From assembly GCA_036833965.1 (NCBI GenBank), contig DAITOW010000001.1, positions 1-61,783 on the forward strand: 61,783 bases of DNA. The letters are read 5' to 3'. Source of the stretch: Oleiphilaceae bacterium (GTDB lineage Bacteria > Pseudomonadota > Gammaproteobacteria > Pseudomonadales > Oleiphilaceae). Below are positions 1-9,712 of this stretch, in pieces. Made by a program: the position numbers and the translations under genes. Position 1 is the first letter of the stretch; each line of letters opens with the position of its first letter. The notes under the pieces are model-generated. The model ran no database searches and had not been told where the DNA came from. It saw nothing but the letters and a program-made list of their open reading frames with translations.

Positions 1-936
1 TTCGAAAATTTGACCAGCGGCGAGATTTTGCTTGATTGCCAATCAATGGCAAAGATTCCTCCATACCAACGTCCTATCAATATGATGTTCCAGTCCTATG
101 CTTTGTTTCCGCATATGACGGTTGAGCAGAACATCGCATTTGGCCTGAAACATGACAAATTGAGTAAGCCTGCCATTCAAGCGAAGGTAGCAGAAGTATT
201 GAGCCTGGTACGAATGAGTGAATACGCGAAGCGAAAACCTCACCAATTGTCAGGTGGTCAGCAACAACGTGTTGCTTTGGCGCGTAGTTTGGCAAAAGAG
301 CCAAAATTATTGTTACTCGATGAGCCAATGGGCGCGTTGGACAAAAAGCTACGTACCCAGATGCAGCTCGAAATTGTAGATATCTTGGAATCGGTAAACG
401 TAACCTGCGTGATGGTAACCCACGATCAGGAAGAAGCGATGACAATGGCATCGCGCGTTGGAATTATGGATCAGGGTGTTATTCGTCAAGTGGGAGCACC
501 TTTTGACGTTTACGAAAATCCGAACAGCCGAATGACAGCAGAATTTATCGGTTCAGTAAATATCTTTGAAGGCAAGATGTCTAAAGATGAACCGGATCAT
601 GCAGAGCTGACATGCCCAGAGTTGAGCGTGCCTATAAGAGCCGCGCACGGTGTGGTTGGGAATATTGGGATGGATATGGCATTTGCCTTGCGTCCGGAGA
701 AAGTAGACATCTCCCGAAAGAAACCTGATCAGCCTCATAACTATGCTCAAGGAGAGATCAGAGACATCGCTTATTTGGGCAGCCACTCAATCTATCACGT
801 AGATATCGGTGGCGGAAAAATCGTTCTTGTTTCAATGGCAAATAGTTACCGTTGGGGAGACGAGCCGAGACTCACTTGGAAAGATCAGGTTTACGTCAGT
901 TGGGACGAAACGAGTGGGGTGGTGCTAACATCATGA
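1..936 (+). CDS. potG: Putrescine/polyamine ABC transporter ATP-binding protein, 5'-truncated by the window edge
   Basis: Frame 1 is open from base 1, so Walker A lies upstream of the window. ABC signature [15 protein letters not shown] and Walker B LLLLDEP are present, with a C-terminal TOBE-like tail. potH/potI/potF homologues follow. Confidence 0.85.
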   Translation, partial: FENLTSGEILLDCQSMAKIPPYQRPINMMFQSYALFPHMTVEQNIAFGLKHDKLSKPAIQAKVAEVLSLVRMSEYAKRKPHQLSGGQQQRVALARSLAKEPKLLLLDEPMGALDKKLRTQMQLEIVDILESVNVTCVMVTHDQEEAMTMASRVGIMDQGVIRQVGAPFDVYENPNSRMTAEFIGSVNIFEGKMSKDEPDHAELTCPELSVPIRAAHGVVGNIGMDMAFALRPEKVDISRKKPDQPHNYAQGEIRDIAYLGSHSIYHVDIGGGKIVLVSMANSYRWGDEPRLTWKDQVYVSWDETSGVVLTS

Positions 937-1859
937 GTAACTTGACTAGCGCATTAATGAAACCAGTTAAGAAACTGGGGCAGAAAGCGGTAGTTTTCCT
1001 CCCTTACTCTTGGCTGATGCTGTTCTTTTTAGTGCCGTTTTTGATTGTTCTGCAGATCTCTTTCAGTCAATCACAAATTGCACAGCCTCCGTACACCCCG
1101 TTAACAAGTTTTGTTGACGATATGTACACTATTAGTCTCAATTTATTTAACTACATTGATCTATATGAATATGATCTTTATTTAAGTGGTTATATCAGCT
1201 CGGTAAAAATTGCATTTATTTCTACGTTGCTATGTTTTTTGATCGGTTATCCGATTGCTTATGCAATCGCGAAATTGCCGCCACATTCGAGAAATTTAGC
1301 CTTAATGCTGGTCATCATGCCATCCTGGACGTCTTTCCTTATTCGTATTTATGCGTGGATAGGCATCCTTAAGACCAATGGACTAATTAATAATGCCTTG
1401 ATGGGAATAGGGCTTATTGATGAACCTCTAGCAATCCTGCATACGCCTACAGCGGTATATATCGGTATCGTTTATGCCTATCTGCCATTCATGGTTTTGC
1501 CTATTTACACGAACTTGGTGAAGCATGATAACCGTTTGTTAGAAGCGGCTGCAGACTTGGGTGCGACTCCTGTTGGCTCATTCTTCAAGATTACCTTGCC
1601 GCTTTCCGTTTCCGGGATTATTGCCGGTTCGATGTTGGTATTTATCCCATCCGTTGGTGAGTTTGTAATTCCTGAGCTACTTGGCGGTCCGGATACCCTG
1701 ATGATTGGTAAGCTATTGTGGGCTGAATTCTTTAATGCCCGTAACTGGCCAGGAGCAGCAGCAGTAGCGGTTGTTATGCTTGTGCTGTTGATCATTCCGA
1801 TTACGATCTTCCAGCGTTATCAGGCAAAAGATTTTGAGGAGAAAGCCAGTGAGCAATAA
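933..1859 (+). CDS. potH: Putrescine ABC transporter permease
   Basis: ATG 933 overlaps the potG stop (ATGA). Multi-TM protein with an EAA-type loop (EAAADLGATPVGSFFKITLP). The ORF-track start at 852 is an upstream extension inside potG. Confidence 0.85.
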   Translation: MSNLTSALMKPVKKLGQKAVVFLPYSWLMLFFLVPFLIVLQISFSQSQIAQPPYTPLTSFVDDMYTISLNLFNYIDLYEYDLYLSGYISSVKIAFISTLLCFLIGYPIAYAIAKLPPHSRNLALMLVIMPSWTSFLIRIYAWIGILKTNGLINNALMGIGLIDEPLAILHTPTAVYIGIVYAYLPFMVLPIYTNLVKHDNRLLEAAADLGATPVGSFFKITLPLSVSGIIAGSMLVFIPSVGEFVIPELLGGPDTLMIGKLLWAEFFNARNWPGAAAVAVVMLVLLIIPITIFQRYQAKDFEEKASEQ

Positions 1860-2685
1860 CAAAACGAGTTGGCTCTCTTGGGCTATTTTGATCGGTGGCT
1901 TTTTATTCCTGTATCTACCGATTTTTATATTGATTATTTACTCATTTAACGAGTCACGACTGGTAACCGTTTGGGCGGGGTTCTCGACCAAATGGTACGG
2001 TGAATTGTTCCAGGATGACCAGATGATGAGTGCGGTCTGGATGAGTTTGAAAATCGCATTCTTGAGTGCAAGTGCGGCAGTCGCACTGGGAACATTGGCG
2101 GCAATTGCCTTGGTTCGCTCTGGTGCTTTCAAGGGTAAGACTCTGTTTACAGGGATGATTACGGCTCCGTTGGTTATGCCAGAGGTCATCACAGGTCTGT
2201 CTTTACTGTTGCTGTTTGTTACTCTCTCTCAACTGGTTGGCTGGCCCTCGGAACGAGGTGCGATTACCATTTGGATTGCTCATACGACATTCAACATGGC
2301 CTATGTGGCAGTAGTTGTATCTGCTCGCTTAAGAGAACTGGATCAGAGGCTTGAAGAAGCAGCAATGGATTTGGGGGCGAACAAACTGCAGGTTTTCATC
2401 TACATAACTTTGCCGATCGTCGCGCCGGCGCTTTTGGCAGGTTGGTTATTGGCGTTCACCTTGTCGCTTGATGATCTGGTAATTGCGAGTTTTGTTTCCG
2501 GGCCTGGTTCAACTACGCTTCCAATGGTTGTATTCTCAAGTGTAAGACTTGGGGTTAGCCCAAAAATTAACGCATTAGCTACACTGCTAGTATTGGCAGT
2601 ATCGATCGCGGCGTTTGTCGCATGGTGGATCATGCGACGTAATGAATTGCAACGACAAAAGGAGATTCGCTCAGCTCAGGGTTAG
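1849..2685 (+). CDS. potI: Putrescine ABC transporter permease
   Basis: GTG 1849 is preceded by GAGGAG; TTG 1834 is an alternative start. The N-terminus aligns by recall with E. coli PotI (FLYxPxxxLxIYSFN, VTVWAGxSTxWYGEL). EAA loop EEAAMDLGANKLQVF. Confidence 0.85.
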   Translation: MSNNKTSWLSWAILIGGFLFLYLPIFILIIYSFNESRLVTVWAGFSTKWYGELFQDDQMMSAVWMSLKIAFLSASAAVALGTLAAIALVRSGAFKGKTLFTGMITAPLVMPEVITGLSLLLLFVTLSQLVGWPSERGAITIWIAHTTFNMAYVAVVVSARLRELDQRLEEAAMDLGANKLQVFIYITLPIVAPALLAGWLLAFTLSLDDLVIASFVSGPGSTTLPMVVFSSVRLGVSPKINALATLLVLAVSIAAFVAWWIMRRNELQRQKEIRSAQG

Positions 2686-2738
2686 CAGGGCGATTAGAGA
2701 CTTAAATTTAATAAAAAATAAGGCTTAAAGGACTACAT

Positions 2739-2763
2739 GCGCGGCAGTGACACGCTGCCGCGC
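2739..2763 (+). other. GC-rich 9-bp stem hairpin in the potI-potF spacer
   Basis: GCGCGGCAG-tgacacg-CTGCCGCGC is a perfect stem with no trailing T-run. It is probably an intra-operon mRNA-stability or decoupling element. Confidence 0.4.
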
Positions 2764-2802
2764 AATAAAAGAAACCTATAATGGTGTAATCGAGGAGAAA
2801 GT

Positions 2803-3897
2803 ATGAAAACGATAAAAACACTGGTTCTCGCCAGTACATGTGCGATGGCTTCGGCAGGTGCTCTTGCTGAAAAGACGCTTAATGTTTACAACTGGTCTGA
2901 CTACATTGCAGAGGATACATTGGCAAACTTTGAAGCTGAAACCGGCATCAAAGTGACCTATGACGTGTTTGATAGTAATGACGTACTGGAAGCTAAATTG
3001 CTTTCCGGAAAAACCGGTTATGATGTTGTTGTTCCATCTTCAACATTCTTGGCACGTCAAATTCAAGCTGGCGTATTCCTGGAATTGGATAAGTCGAAGT
3101 TGCCTAATCACAAGAACCTTGATCCGGCAATGATGGCAAAACTAGCCACACTTGACCCTGACAACGCACACGCCGTTCCGTACCTTTGGGGTACAACAGG
3201 TATTGGTATCAACGTAGGTAAAGTAGCAGAGCGTTTAGGCGAAGATATGCCAACTGATACTTGGGATCTGGTATTCAAACCAGAGATCGCAGCAAAATTG
3301 GCTGACTGTGGTATCACCATGCTAGATGCCTGGGACGAACTCGTACCGACTGCATTGAACTATCTTGGTGAAGATCCGAAATCAACCGATACCAAGCTAC
3401 TTGATGGAAAAGTCAAAGATCTGTTGAACGGCGTTCGTCCACATATCAAGTACTTCCATTCTTCACAGTACATTAATGACTTGGCTAATGGTGACGTTTG
3501 TGTATCTGTTGGTTGGTCTGGCGATATCCTTCAAGCGGTTGACCGTGCAGCAGAAGCGGAGAACGGTGTTGAAGTTGCGTACATCATCCCTAAAGAAGGT
3601 GCAGGCCTTTGGTTTGATATGTTGGCGATTCCAAAAGATGCATCAAACTCAGACAATGCTCACGCGTTTCTTGATTTCTTGATGCGTAAAGACGTTATCG
3701 CGGGCGTTTCTAACTACGTTTGGTATCCGAATGCGATTCCTTCGTCAAAAGAAATGATCGATGAGGAGATTACCTCGGATCCTGCTATCTACCCGACTCC
3801 GGACGTAGAGAAGAACTTGTTTACTTTCCCTGTTTACGGTCCAAAGTTTGACCGTGCTGGCTCACGTATGTGGACTGCATTGAAAAGCGGTAAGTAA
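2803..3897 (+). CDS. potF: Putrescine-binding periplasmic protein
   Basis: RBS AGGAG and signal peptide MKTIKTLVLASTCAMASAGALA. PotD/PotF-family N-terminal motif LNVYNWSDYI; 364 aa. Confidence 0.85.
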   Translation: MKTIKTLVLASTCAMASAGALAEKTLNVYNWSDYIAEDTLANFEAETGIKVTYDVFDSNDVLEAKLLSGKTGYDVVVPSSTFLARQIQAGVFLELDKSKLPNHKNLDPAMMAKLATLDPDNAHAVPYLWGTTGIGINVGKVAERLGEDMPTDTWDLVFKPEIAAKLADCGITMLDAWDELVPTALNYLGEDPKSTDTKLLDGKVKDLLNGVRPHIKYFHSSQYINDLANGDVCVSVGWSGDILQAVDRAAEAENGVEVAYIIPKEGAGLWFDMLAIPKDASNSDNAHAFLDFLMRKDVIAGVSNYVWYPNAIPSSKEMIDEEITSDPAIYPTPDVEKNLFTFPVYGPKFDRAGSRMWTALKSGK

Positions 3898-3905
3898 TTT
3901 ATATA

Positions 3906-3945
3906 GGTACAAAAAAACCGGCTTTCGAGCCGGTTTTTTTGTACC
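3906..3945. terminator. Bidirectional rho-independent terminator
   Basis: GGTACAAAAAAACCGGCT-ttcg-AGCCGGTTTTTTTGTACC is a perfect palindrome with A/T runs on both sides, between convergent potF and the FAD oxidoreductase. Confidence 0.85.
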
Positions 3946-3956
3946 TAGTGCTTTGC

Positions 3957-5246
3957 TTAACGAAGTTTTTCAAGCATTACGTAGTACCACATACCTATAG
4001 CAAGGAACTGATTGCCCAACCATTCTGCACCAGGAATTCGAACGTGCGGGCAGTTTGCAAATACGTTGAACTCTCTTAGTTCGCCGTCCAACGCTTCGGC
4101 CATGATTTCACTGATAATATGCGAACTGGCTATACCATGTCCTGAATAGCCCTGCGCGTAAAATACGTTCTCGGATAGCTGACCCAACTGTGGTATCCGG
4201 TTGATGACAATACCCATCATCCCGCTCCACTGAAAGTCTATTTTAACGCCTTTGAGTTTAGGGAAAGTACGCTCGATAGCAGGTCTCAACTCGCCCTCAA
4301 TATCGCGAGTAGGCTTACCACTATAATTAGCACCGCCTCCGAAGAGTAGACGCTTGTCTGCAGTCATCCGATAATAATCGAGAACAAAACGACAATCATA
4401 AACAGCAAGATCTTTTGGGTTAATCGCATTTGCCAACTCATCACCTAAAGGTGCTGTTGCTACGAGTCCTCCGGCACAAGGGAAGATTTTCCCGCTAAGT
4501 TTGGAACGCTCCAACTTGTGGTATGCATTACCCGCCAACATTACTTTTTTGGCTCGAACCTTGCCATGTTCAGTAAGTACAACGGGGTTGGCACCGTGCT
4601 CAATTTCAATTACTTTTGAGTCTTCGAAGATCTTAACGCCAAGTGAGGTAGCGGCTTCCGCTTCACCAAGACATAGATTTGCCGAATGAAGATGCATGTT
4701 TTTGCGGTTGTAGATAGCGCCGTGATAGATATCAGTATCAAGATAGTTCGGAATATCTTCTCGTTTCAACAAGGTCACATCGTCGCCCATACCACGACGC
4801 ACTGCTTCGTTATAGCTTGCTTCTAACTCCGGCATGTGACTTGGCTTGTAGGCAGTATGCAAGTGACCAAACTTAAGGTCACACTCTATACCGTACTTTG
4901 CAATACGATTTTTGATAATATCATGCCCACGCCAGCGGAGATTCCAAACAAAGTCCTCCGCTTCCTTGCCGATGGTCTTGCCCATATGCTTAACCATTGC
5001 AGTGTCGCCTGACAAGCTTCCCGTTACTTGACCACCGTTACGACCGGTTGCGCCCCAGGCGACTTTGTTCGCTTCGAGAACGACAACAGAATAGCCTCTT
5101 TCAGCAAGTTCTATTGCTGTATTGATACCGGTAAAGCCCCCGCCAATAATAGCCACATCGGTACTGATCTCACCCTCAAGTCTAGGGTAATCACTTTCTT
5201 TGTTAAGGGTTGCAGTGTAATAGGCGGCGCATCGTTGTTCAGCCAT
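3957..5246 (-). CDS. FAD-dependent oxidoreductase, PuuB/PauB-like (gamma-glutamylpolyamine oxidoreductase family), paralogue 1
   Basis: N-terminal Rossmann FAD motif VAIIGGGFTGINTA and DAO-family length (429 aa). Clearly paralogous to 11148-12428 and 17502-18797, sharing YYxAx, GRNGGQ, LLFGGG and YAQGYSGHG blocks. Confidence 0.75.
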   Translation of the reverse strand: MAEQRCAAYYTATLNKESDYPRLEGEISTDVAIIGGGFTGINTAIELAERGYSVVVLEANKVAWGATGRNGGQVTGSLSGDTAMVKHMGKTIGKEAEDFVWNLRWRGHDIIKNRIAKYGIECDLKFGHLHTAYKPSHMPELEASYNEAVRRGMGDDVTLLKREDIPNYLDTDIYHGAIYNRKNMHLHSANLCLGEAEAATSLGVKIFEDSKVIEIEHGANPVVLTEHGKVRAKKVMLAGNAYHKLERSKLSGKIFPCAGGLVATAPLGDELANAINPKDLAVYDCRFVLDYYRMTADKRLLFGGGANYSGKPTRDIEGELRPAIERTFPKLKGVKIDFQWSGMMGIVINRIPQLGQLSENVFYAQGYSGHGIASSHIISEIMAEALDGELREFNVFANCPHVRIPGAEWLGNQFLAIGMWYYVMLEKLR

Positions 5247-5316
5247 GGCAAATACTCATGTAAAAAATATTAAACGTCTAGGTTCATTATAAGGCACATA
5301 GCAAACGCTAGAAAGC

Positions 5317-5341
5317 AAAAACGGCCCTAGGGGCCGTTTCT
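5317..5341 (-). terminator. Rho-independent terminator of ald
   Basis: The minus strand reads ACGGCCC-cta-GGGCCGT followed by TTTTGCTTTC, just downstream of the ald stop. Confidence 0.7.
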
Positions 5342-5361
5342 ACTTATCAACTTAGAGTCGA

Positions 5362-6474
5362 TTAAGCGATTGCTTGAGCTGGATCAACGAACTCATAACC
5401 CAAGGCATCGCAAACAGGCTTGTTAGTAACCTGACCTTTGTGGACATTGAGGCCTTCGAGCAGGTGCTTGTCATTCTTGAGAGCATCCAAACCCTGATTA
5501 GCCAGTTTGATCGCATAAGGCAGGGTAGCGTTTGTTAACGCGAACGTAGAGGTACGTGCGACACCGCCAGGCATGTTCGCTACACAGTAATGTACAACGC
5601 CGTCAACTTCATAGGTCGGTTCAGCGTGAGTAGTCGCTCGAGAAGTTTCAAAGCAACCACCTTGGTCGATTGCTACGTCTACCAATACTGCTCCGTCTTT
5701 CATTTCCGAAAGCATTTCTTTTGTCACCAATTTTGGTGCCGCCGCGCCTGGAATCAAAACTGCACCAACAACCAGATCCGCAGAAGTTACTTCAGAGTGA
5801 ATCGCTTCTGAAGTGCTGTACAAGGTCTTAATGGTCGGGCCGAACATATCGTCAATTTGCTTGAGACGATCAAGGCTACGATCAAGAATAGTAACGTCTG
5901 CACCAAGGCCCGCAGCCATCCGCGCAGCATTCAAACCAACAACACCACCACCGATAACGGTAACTTTCGCAGGCGCTACGCCTGGTACGCCGCCAAGTAG
6001 CATGCCGTTACCGCCCTGAGCCTTCTCAAGAGAGTGGGCGCCTGCCTGGATCGCCATTCGGCCAGCAACTTCACTCATTGGAGCTAGCAAAGGTAGACCA
6101 CCTCTGCTATCGGTAATCGTTTCATATGCAACAGCAGTAACGCCAGACGCAACAAGCAGCTCAGTTTGTGTTGGGTCTGGAGCAAGGTGAAGATAGGTGA
6201 ACAACAGTTGACCTTCTTTCAACATCTTACACTCGTTTGGCTGTGGCTCTTTAACCTTGATAATCATTTCTGCACGTTCAAAGATCTCTGGTGCATCGGC
6301 AACGATTTCCGCGCCCGCATCAACATAAAGTTGATCGCTAATACCGATTCCTGCGCCAGCGCTTGCTTGAATCATGACCTGATGGCCATGCTCTGTAAGC
6401 TCGCGAACTCCAGCGGGAGTTAGACCTACACGATATTCATGATTTTTGATTTCTTTAGGGACGCCGATAAGCAT
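5362..6474 (-). CDS. ald: L-alanine dehydrogenase
   Basis: N-terminus [20 protein letters not shown] is typical of Ald. NAD-binding motif [12 protein letters not shown]; 370 aa. Confidence 0.9.
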   Translation of the reverse strand: MLIGVPKEIKNHEYRVGLTPAGVRELTEHGHQVMIQASAGAGIGISDQLYVDAGAEIVADAPEIFERAEMIIKVKEPQPNECKMLKEGQLLFTYLHLAPDPTQTELLVASGVTAVAYETITDSRGGLPLLAPMSEVAGRMAIQAGAHSLEKAQGGNGMLLGGVPGVAPAKVTVIGGGVVGLNAARMAAGLGADVTILDRSLDRLKQIDDMFGPTIKTLYSTSEAIHSEVTSADLVVGAVLIPGAAAPKLVTKEMLSEMKDGAVLVDVAIDQGGCFETSRATTHAEPTYEVDGVVHYCVANMPGGVARTSTFALTNATLPYAIKLANQGLDALKNDKHLLEGLNVHKGQVTNKPVCDALGYEFVDPAQAIA

Positions 6475-6635
6475 TGTGTTTTTCTCCGAAAACGTTGTTT
6501 CAACGGAGCAATAATAGAAGAGAATTCCCAGGATATTTTATTTATTTTAAATGTATTTCGAGTCTAGATCAGGATAATTTACTGCAAATAAAATATAATT
6601 CAGCAAGATATGTTGATATATATGAGAGTTATAAA

Positions 6636-7115
6636 ATGTCTGAGCGTAAGACTTTAAGCAAAATCGATTTTCGAATTCTTGACGAGCTCCAGAAGAATGG
6701 CCGAATCAGTTATGCAGAACTTGCGCGCAGGGTAGGGCTAACCACAAGTCCGTGTATGGAGCGTGTAAAGCGTTTGGAAAAAGAGGGGATTATAAAGGGC
6801 TATACAGCGCTCCTTGACCCTGAATATTTGCAAAGCAACTTAATCGTTTTCGTGCAAATCAGGTTGGCGAGAATGTCGCACGATAGCTTTGAAGAATTTA
6901 AGGAAGCAGCGGTTGCAATCGAAGAAGTTCAAGAATGTTTTCTGATCTCTGGCAACTTTGATTATCTCATCAAGGCGCGCGTTTCAAATATGGATCACTA
7001 CAGAAAGTTTTTAGGAGATACCTTGCTATCACTACCAGGCGTGCAGGAATCAACAACTCTGGTAGTGATGGAACAAGTAAAAGACACAACAAACCTGAAG
7101 TTGCGTCGAAATTAA
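6636..7115 (+). CDS. Lrp/AsnC-family transcriptional regulator
   Basis: ATG 6636 (MSERKTLSKIDFRILDELQKNGRISYAELARRVGLTTSPCMERVKRLEKEGII) gives an AsnC-type HTH plus a RAM domain. Divergent from ald. The ORF-track start at 6474 is an AT-rich upstream extension. Confidence 0.85.
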   Translation: MSERKTLSKIDFRILDELQKNGRISYAELARRVGLTTSPCMERVKRLEKEGIIKGYTALLDPEYLQSNLIVFVQIRLARMSHDSFEEFKEAAVAIEEVQECFLISGNFDYLIKARVSNMDHYRKFLGDTLLSLPGVQESTTLVVMEQVKDTTNLKLRRN

Positions 7116-7117
7116 TT

Positions 7118-8083
7118 TCAGGCTTTCTCCGGCTTATCGTGCGCAAGCAGACACAACATATTAGTTGCGATTGTCGCGCCAGCCAGGGCTGTCATCTCGG
7201 CATGGTCAAACGGAGGTGCGACTTCAACAACATCGCAGCCGACAATATTAAGACCAGCCAGACCCTTGATTAATTGTATCGCCTGGTAGGTATTGAAACC
7301 TCCACACACTGGGGTACCAGTACCGGGAGCACAACTAGGATCAAGAAAATCAACATCGAAGGTGATATAACAAGGATTATCACCAACTCTGGATCGAACC
7401 TGTTCAATCGCCGCCTCAATGCCCCGACTATTTAGCCAGTCTGCATCCAGCACCAAATATCCGTGTGTATCCTTGTTGACCGTGCGCATGCCAAGTTGCA
7501 CAGATCTTTCAGGGTCGACGTAACCTTTTTTAGCTGCATGATAGAACATCGTGCCATGGTCAATTCGTCCGTCCTCATCAGTCCAGGTATCGCTATGTGC
7601 ATCGAAATGAATAAGCGAGAGAGGACCGTGCTTCTTGGTTAAAGCCTTTATCACAGGATAAGTAACGAAGTGATCACCGCCAATCGAAAGCGGGGTGACT
7701 CCTGCATCACAAATTCTGTCAAAGCATGCTTCTATCTCGTCCGGAACCTTATCAGGATAGCCAGGGTCGAAGACACAGTCCCCATAGTCAATGACGTGAA
7801 GTCTTTTAAAGGGATCAAAGGTCCACGGCCAAGGCGAAGCCCAAGCCAGATTGGTTGAAGCAGCGCGAACAGAGCGAGGACCTAGACGGGCACCAGGCCG
7901 ATTTGACGTTGCAAGATCGTAGGGTATGCCAACAACTGCAACGTCTACGCCCTCCAGGTTCTTAGAGTAATTACGGCGCAAAAAACTTGTTGCACCGGAG
8001 TACATAGGCTCTACTTGCGTTCCATATGGACCTCTGCGGGTAAACGCTAGGTCGCCATTACTGTATTGGTCAAAATCGGCCAT
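7118..8083 (-). CDS. speB: Agmatinase (arginase-fold ureohydrolase)
   Basis: Mn-binding motifs GGDH, HFDAHSDTW, DVDFLDPSCAPGTGTP and DVVEVAPPFD. Close resemblance by recall to E. coli SpeB across the C-terminal two thirds. Confidence 0.75.
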   Translation of the reverse strand: MADFDQYSNGDLAFTRRGPYGTQVEPMYSGATSFLRRNYSKNLEGVDVAVVGIPYDLATSNRPGARLGPRSVRAASTNLAWASPWPWTFDPFKRLHVIDYGDCVFDPGYPDKVPDEIEACFDRICDAGVTPLSIGGDHFVTYPVIKALTKKHGPLSLIHFDAHSDTWTDEDGRIDHGTMFYHAAKKGYVDPERSVQLGMRTVNKDTHGYLVLDADWLNSRGIEAAIEQVRSRVGDNPCYITFDVDFLDPSCAPGTGTPVCGGFNTYQAIQLIKGLAGLNIVGCDVVEVAPPFDHAEMTALAGATIATNMLCLLAHDKPEKA

Positions 8084-8122
8084 TTGTTCGCTTCTCTTAC
8101 AATTTCTCGATATTTGATTAAC

Positions 8123-9472
8123 TTAAACGGTGGAGAGCAGGAACTCACGTTCCCAAGAGCTTATGACACGCTTGAAGCCTTCATACTCCGCACGACGTGT
8201 TCCAATATAGCCATCAACGAAATCGGCGCCCAAAATTTCGCGGATTTCCTCACACTCTTGCATCTCATCACAAGCAGTTTCCAGGTTAAACGGTATTTCG
8301 TTACCCGCTTCTTCACCGTGACGACCATTTACCGGCTTGCGTGGTTTGAGAGCATTTACCATACCCAAGTATCCACACGCCAAATTCGCAGCTAATGCCA
8401 AATAGGGGTTGGTGTCTGCTCCCGGCAAACGGTTTTCAATACGTCGAGCTTGAGGAGAAGATTCGGGAACACGAAGACCAACAGTACGGTTCTCTACACC
8501 CCACTCAAGATTCACTGGCGCGTTACCGTCTGCACCAGGAAGATAGCGCCGGTAACTATTTACGTTAGGCGCGAAAATCGGCATGGACTTGGGAATATAT
8601 GTCTGCAGTCCCGCTACGAAGCTGTGGAAAAGGGACGACGCACTACCATCTTCGTCAGAGAATATGTTCTTGCCCTTTTTATCGATGACGGAGCAGTGAA
8701 TGTGCATCGCACTGCCTGGCTCGTTAGCGATAGGTTTCGCCATGAACGTAGCACCGATCTTGTGCTTGAGCGCTGCTTCACGAACAGTTCTCTTGAATAC
8801 AAATACCTGATCCGCAAGCTTTAAAGCATTACCATGACGGAAGTTGAATTCCAGCTGAGCCGGCCCTTCCTCATGAATCAGTGTATCGATGTCAAGGTTC
8901 ATCTCTTCACACCAATCATAGATATCTTCAATGATTGGATCGAATTCATTGGCCGCATCGATACTGAAGGACTGGCGACCACTTTCCGGCAAACCGGAAC
9001 GACCTACTGGGGGGTTTAGTGGTAAGTCAGGATCAGTACAGCGTTGTGTGAGGTAAAATTCGACCTCGGGTGCAACGATTGGCTCCCAGCCCTTTTCTTC
9101 ATAAAGGGCAAGAACCTTCTTCAGCACTGTACGCGCAGAAAGACCAACTTCGTTGCCCATTTTATCGTAGCAATCATGAATGATCTGGGCAGAAGGTTCC
9201 GCAGCCCAAGGAACCATAAACATCGCTGCCTCGTCCGGTTTAAGGATCATGTCGATATCGCAATCATCGAGGAGACGGTAGAAAAGCTCGTCATCCGGGT
9301 AGTCGCCTGTTGCTGTTTGCAACAGAACGGATTCCGGTAGGCGTATACCTTTTTCAGCGATAAATTTCTCGGTAGGCATGATTTTGCCACGAGCGATCCC
9401 GGTATGGTCGGAGGTAATACACTCGACTTCAGTTACCTGACGTTCTTTCAACCAATTTTGGATGTTTTTCAT
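8123..9472 (-). CDS. Glutamine synthetase family protein, PuuA/PauA-like gamma-glutamylpolyamine synthetase, paralogue 1
   Basis: 449 aa with GS type-I catalytic-domain motifs (MAKPxxxxxGSxMHIHxS, NSYRR, NRxxxxRxP, ENRxPGADxNPYL). It sits inside a polyamine catabolic cluster. Confidence 0.8.
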   Translation of the reverse strand: MKNIQNWLKERQVTEVECITSDHTGIARGKIMPTEKFIAEKGIRLPESVLLQTATGDYPDDELFYRLLDDCDIDMILKPDEAAMFMVPWAAEPSAQIIHDCYDKMGNEVGLSARTVLKKVLALYEEKGWEPIVAPEVEFYLTQRCTDPDLPLNPPVGRSGLPESGRQSFSIDAANEFDPIIEDIYDWCEEMNLDIDTLIHEEGPAQLEFNFRHGNALKLADQVFVFKRTVREAALKHKIGATFMAKPIANEPGSAMHIHCSVIDKKGKNIFSDEDGSASSLFHSFVAGLQTYIPKSMPIFAPNVNSYRRYLPGADGNAPVNLEWGVENRTVGLRVPESSPQARRIENRLPGADTNPYLALAANLACGYLGMVNALKPRKPVNGRHGEEAGNEIPFNLETACDEMQECEEIREILGADFVDGYIGTRRAEYEGFKRVISSWEREFLLSTV

Positions 9473-9584
9473 GATTTAGCTCTTTTGACTATATTGTGCT
9501 TAATTTGCATAGCTATACTTAGGCCAGTTAATACATTTACTCAATAACAAGTTTGTAAATGTTTGACTTATGCTACACAAGTTT

Positions 9585-9642
9585 AAAATATATTGAACAA
9601 AATTCCCAGTGGCGCATTGGAGTATTGTTCAATATATTTTAT
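9585..9642. promoter_or_regulatory. Pair of inverted PuuR-box operators in the divergent promoter region
   Basis: TAAAATATATTGAACAA (9585-9601) and TTGTTCAATATATTTTA (9626-9642) form a perfect 17-bp inverted repeat with a 24-bp spacer. Each arm matches the E. coli PuuR 15-mer as I recall it (AAAATATAATGAACA) at 14/15. Confidence 0.6.
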
Positions 9643-9712
9643 ACTTCGTTCGATAATTACCTACAAAAATATTGCTGTGTATACCGCAATTTGAGTTTAG
9701 ATAGGATAGCAA

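Noticed and set aside
852-932. Upstream-extended starts offered by the ORF track: 852 for potH, 6474 for lrp, 20477 for aapJ, 44387 for DUF4426, 12485 for PauB-2, 39045 for dksA, 33640 for panB, 56318 for the acidic ORF.
   Set aside because: The extensions overlap the preceding gene or AT-rich promoter DNA, often begin at TTG, and lack an RBS. Internal ATG/GTG starts have an RBS and give N-termini matching family expectations.
9611-9630. TGGCGC...TTGT in the spacer of the PuuR palindrome considered as a sigma-54 promoter.
   Set aside because: There is no GC dinucleotide at the required 10-nt spacing from the GG.
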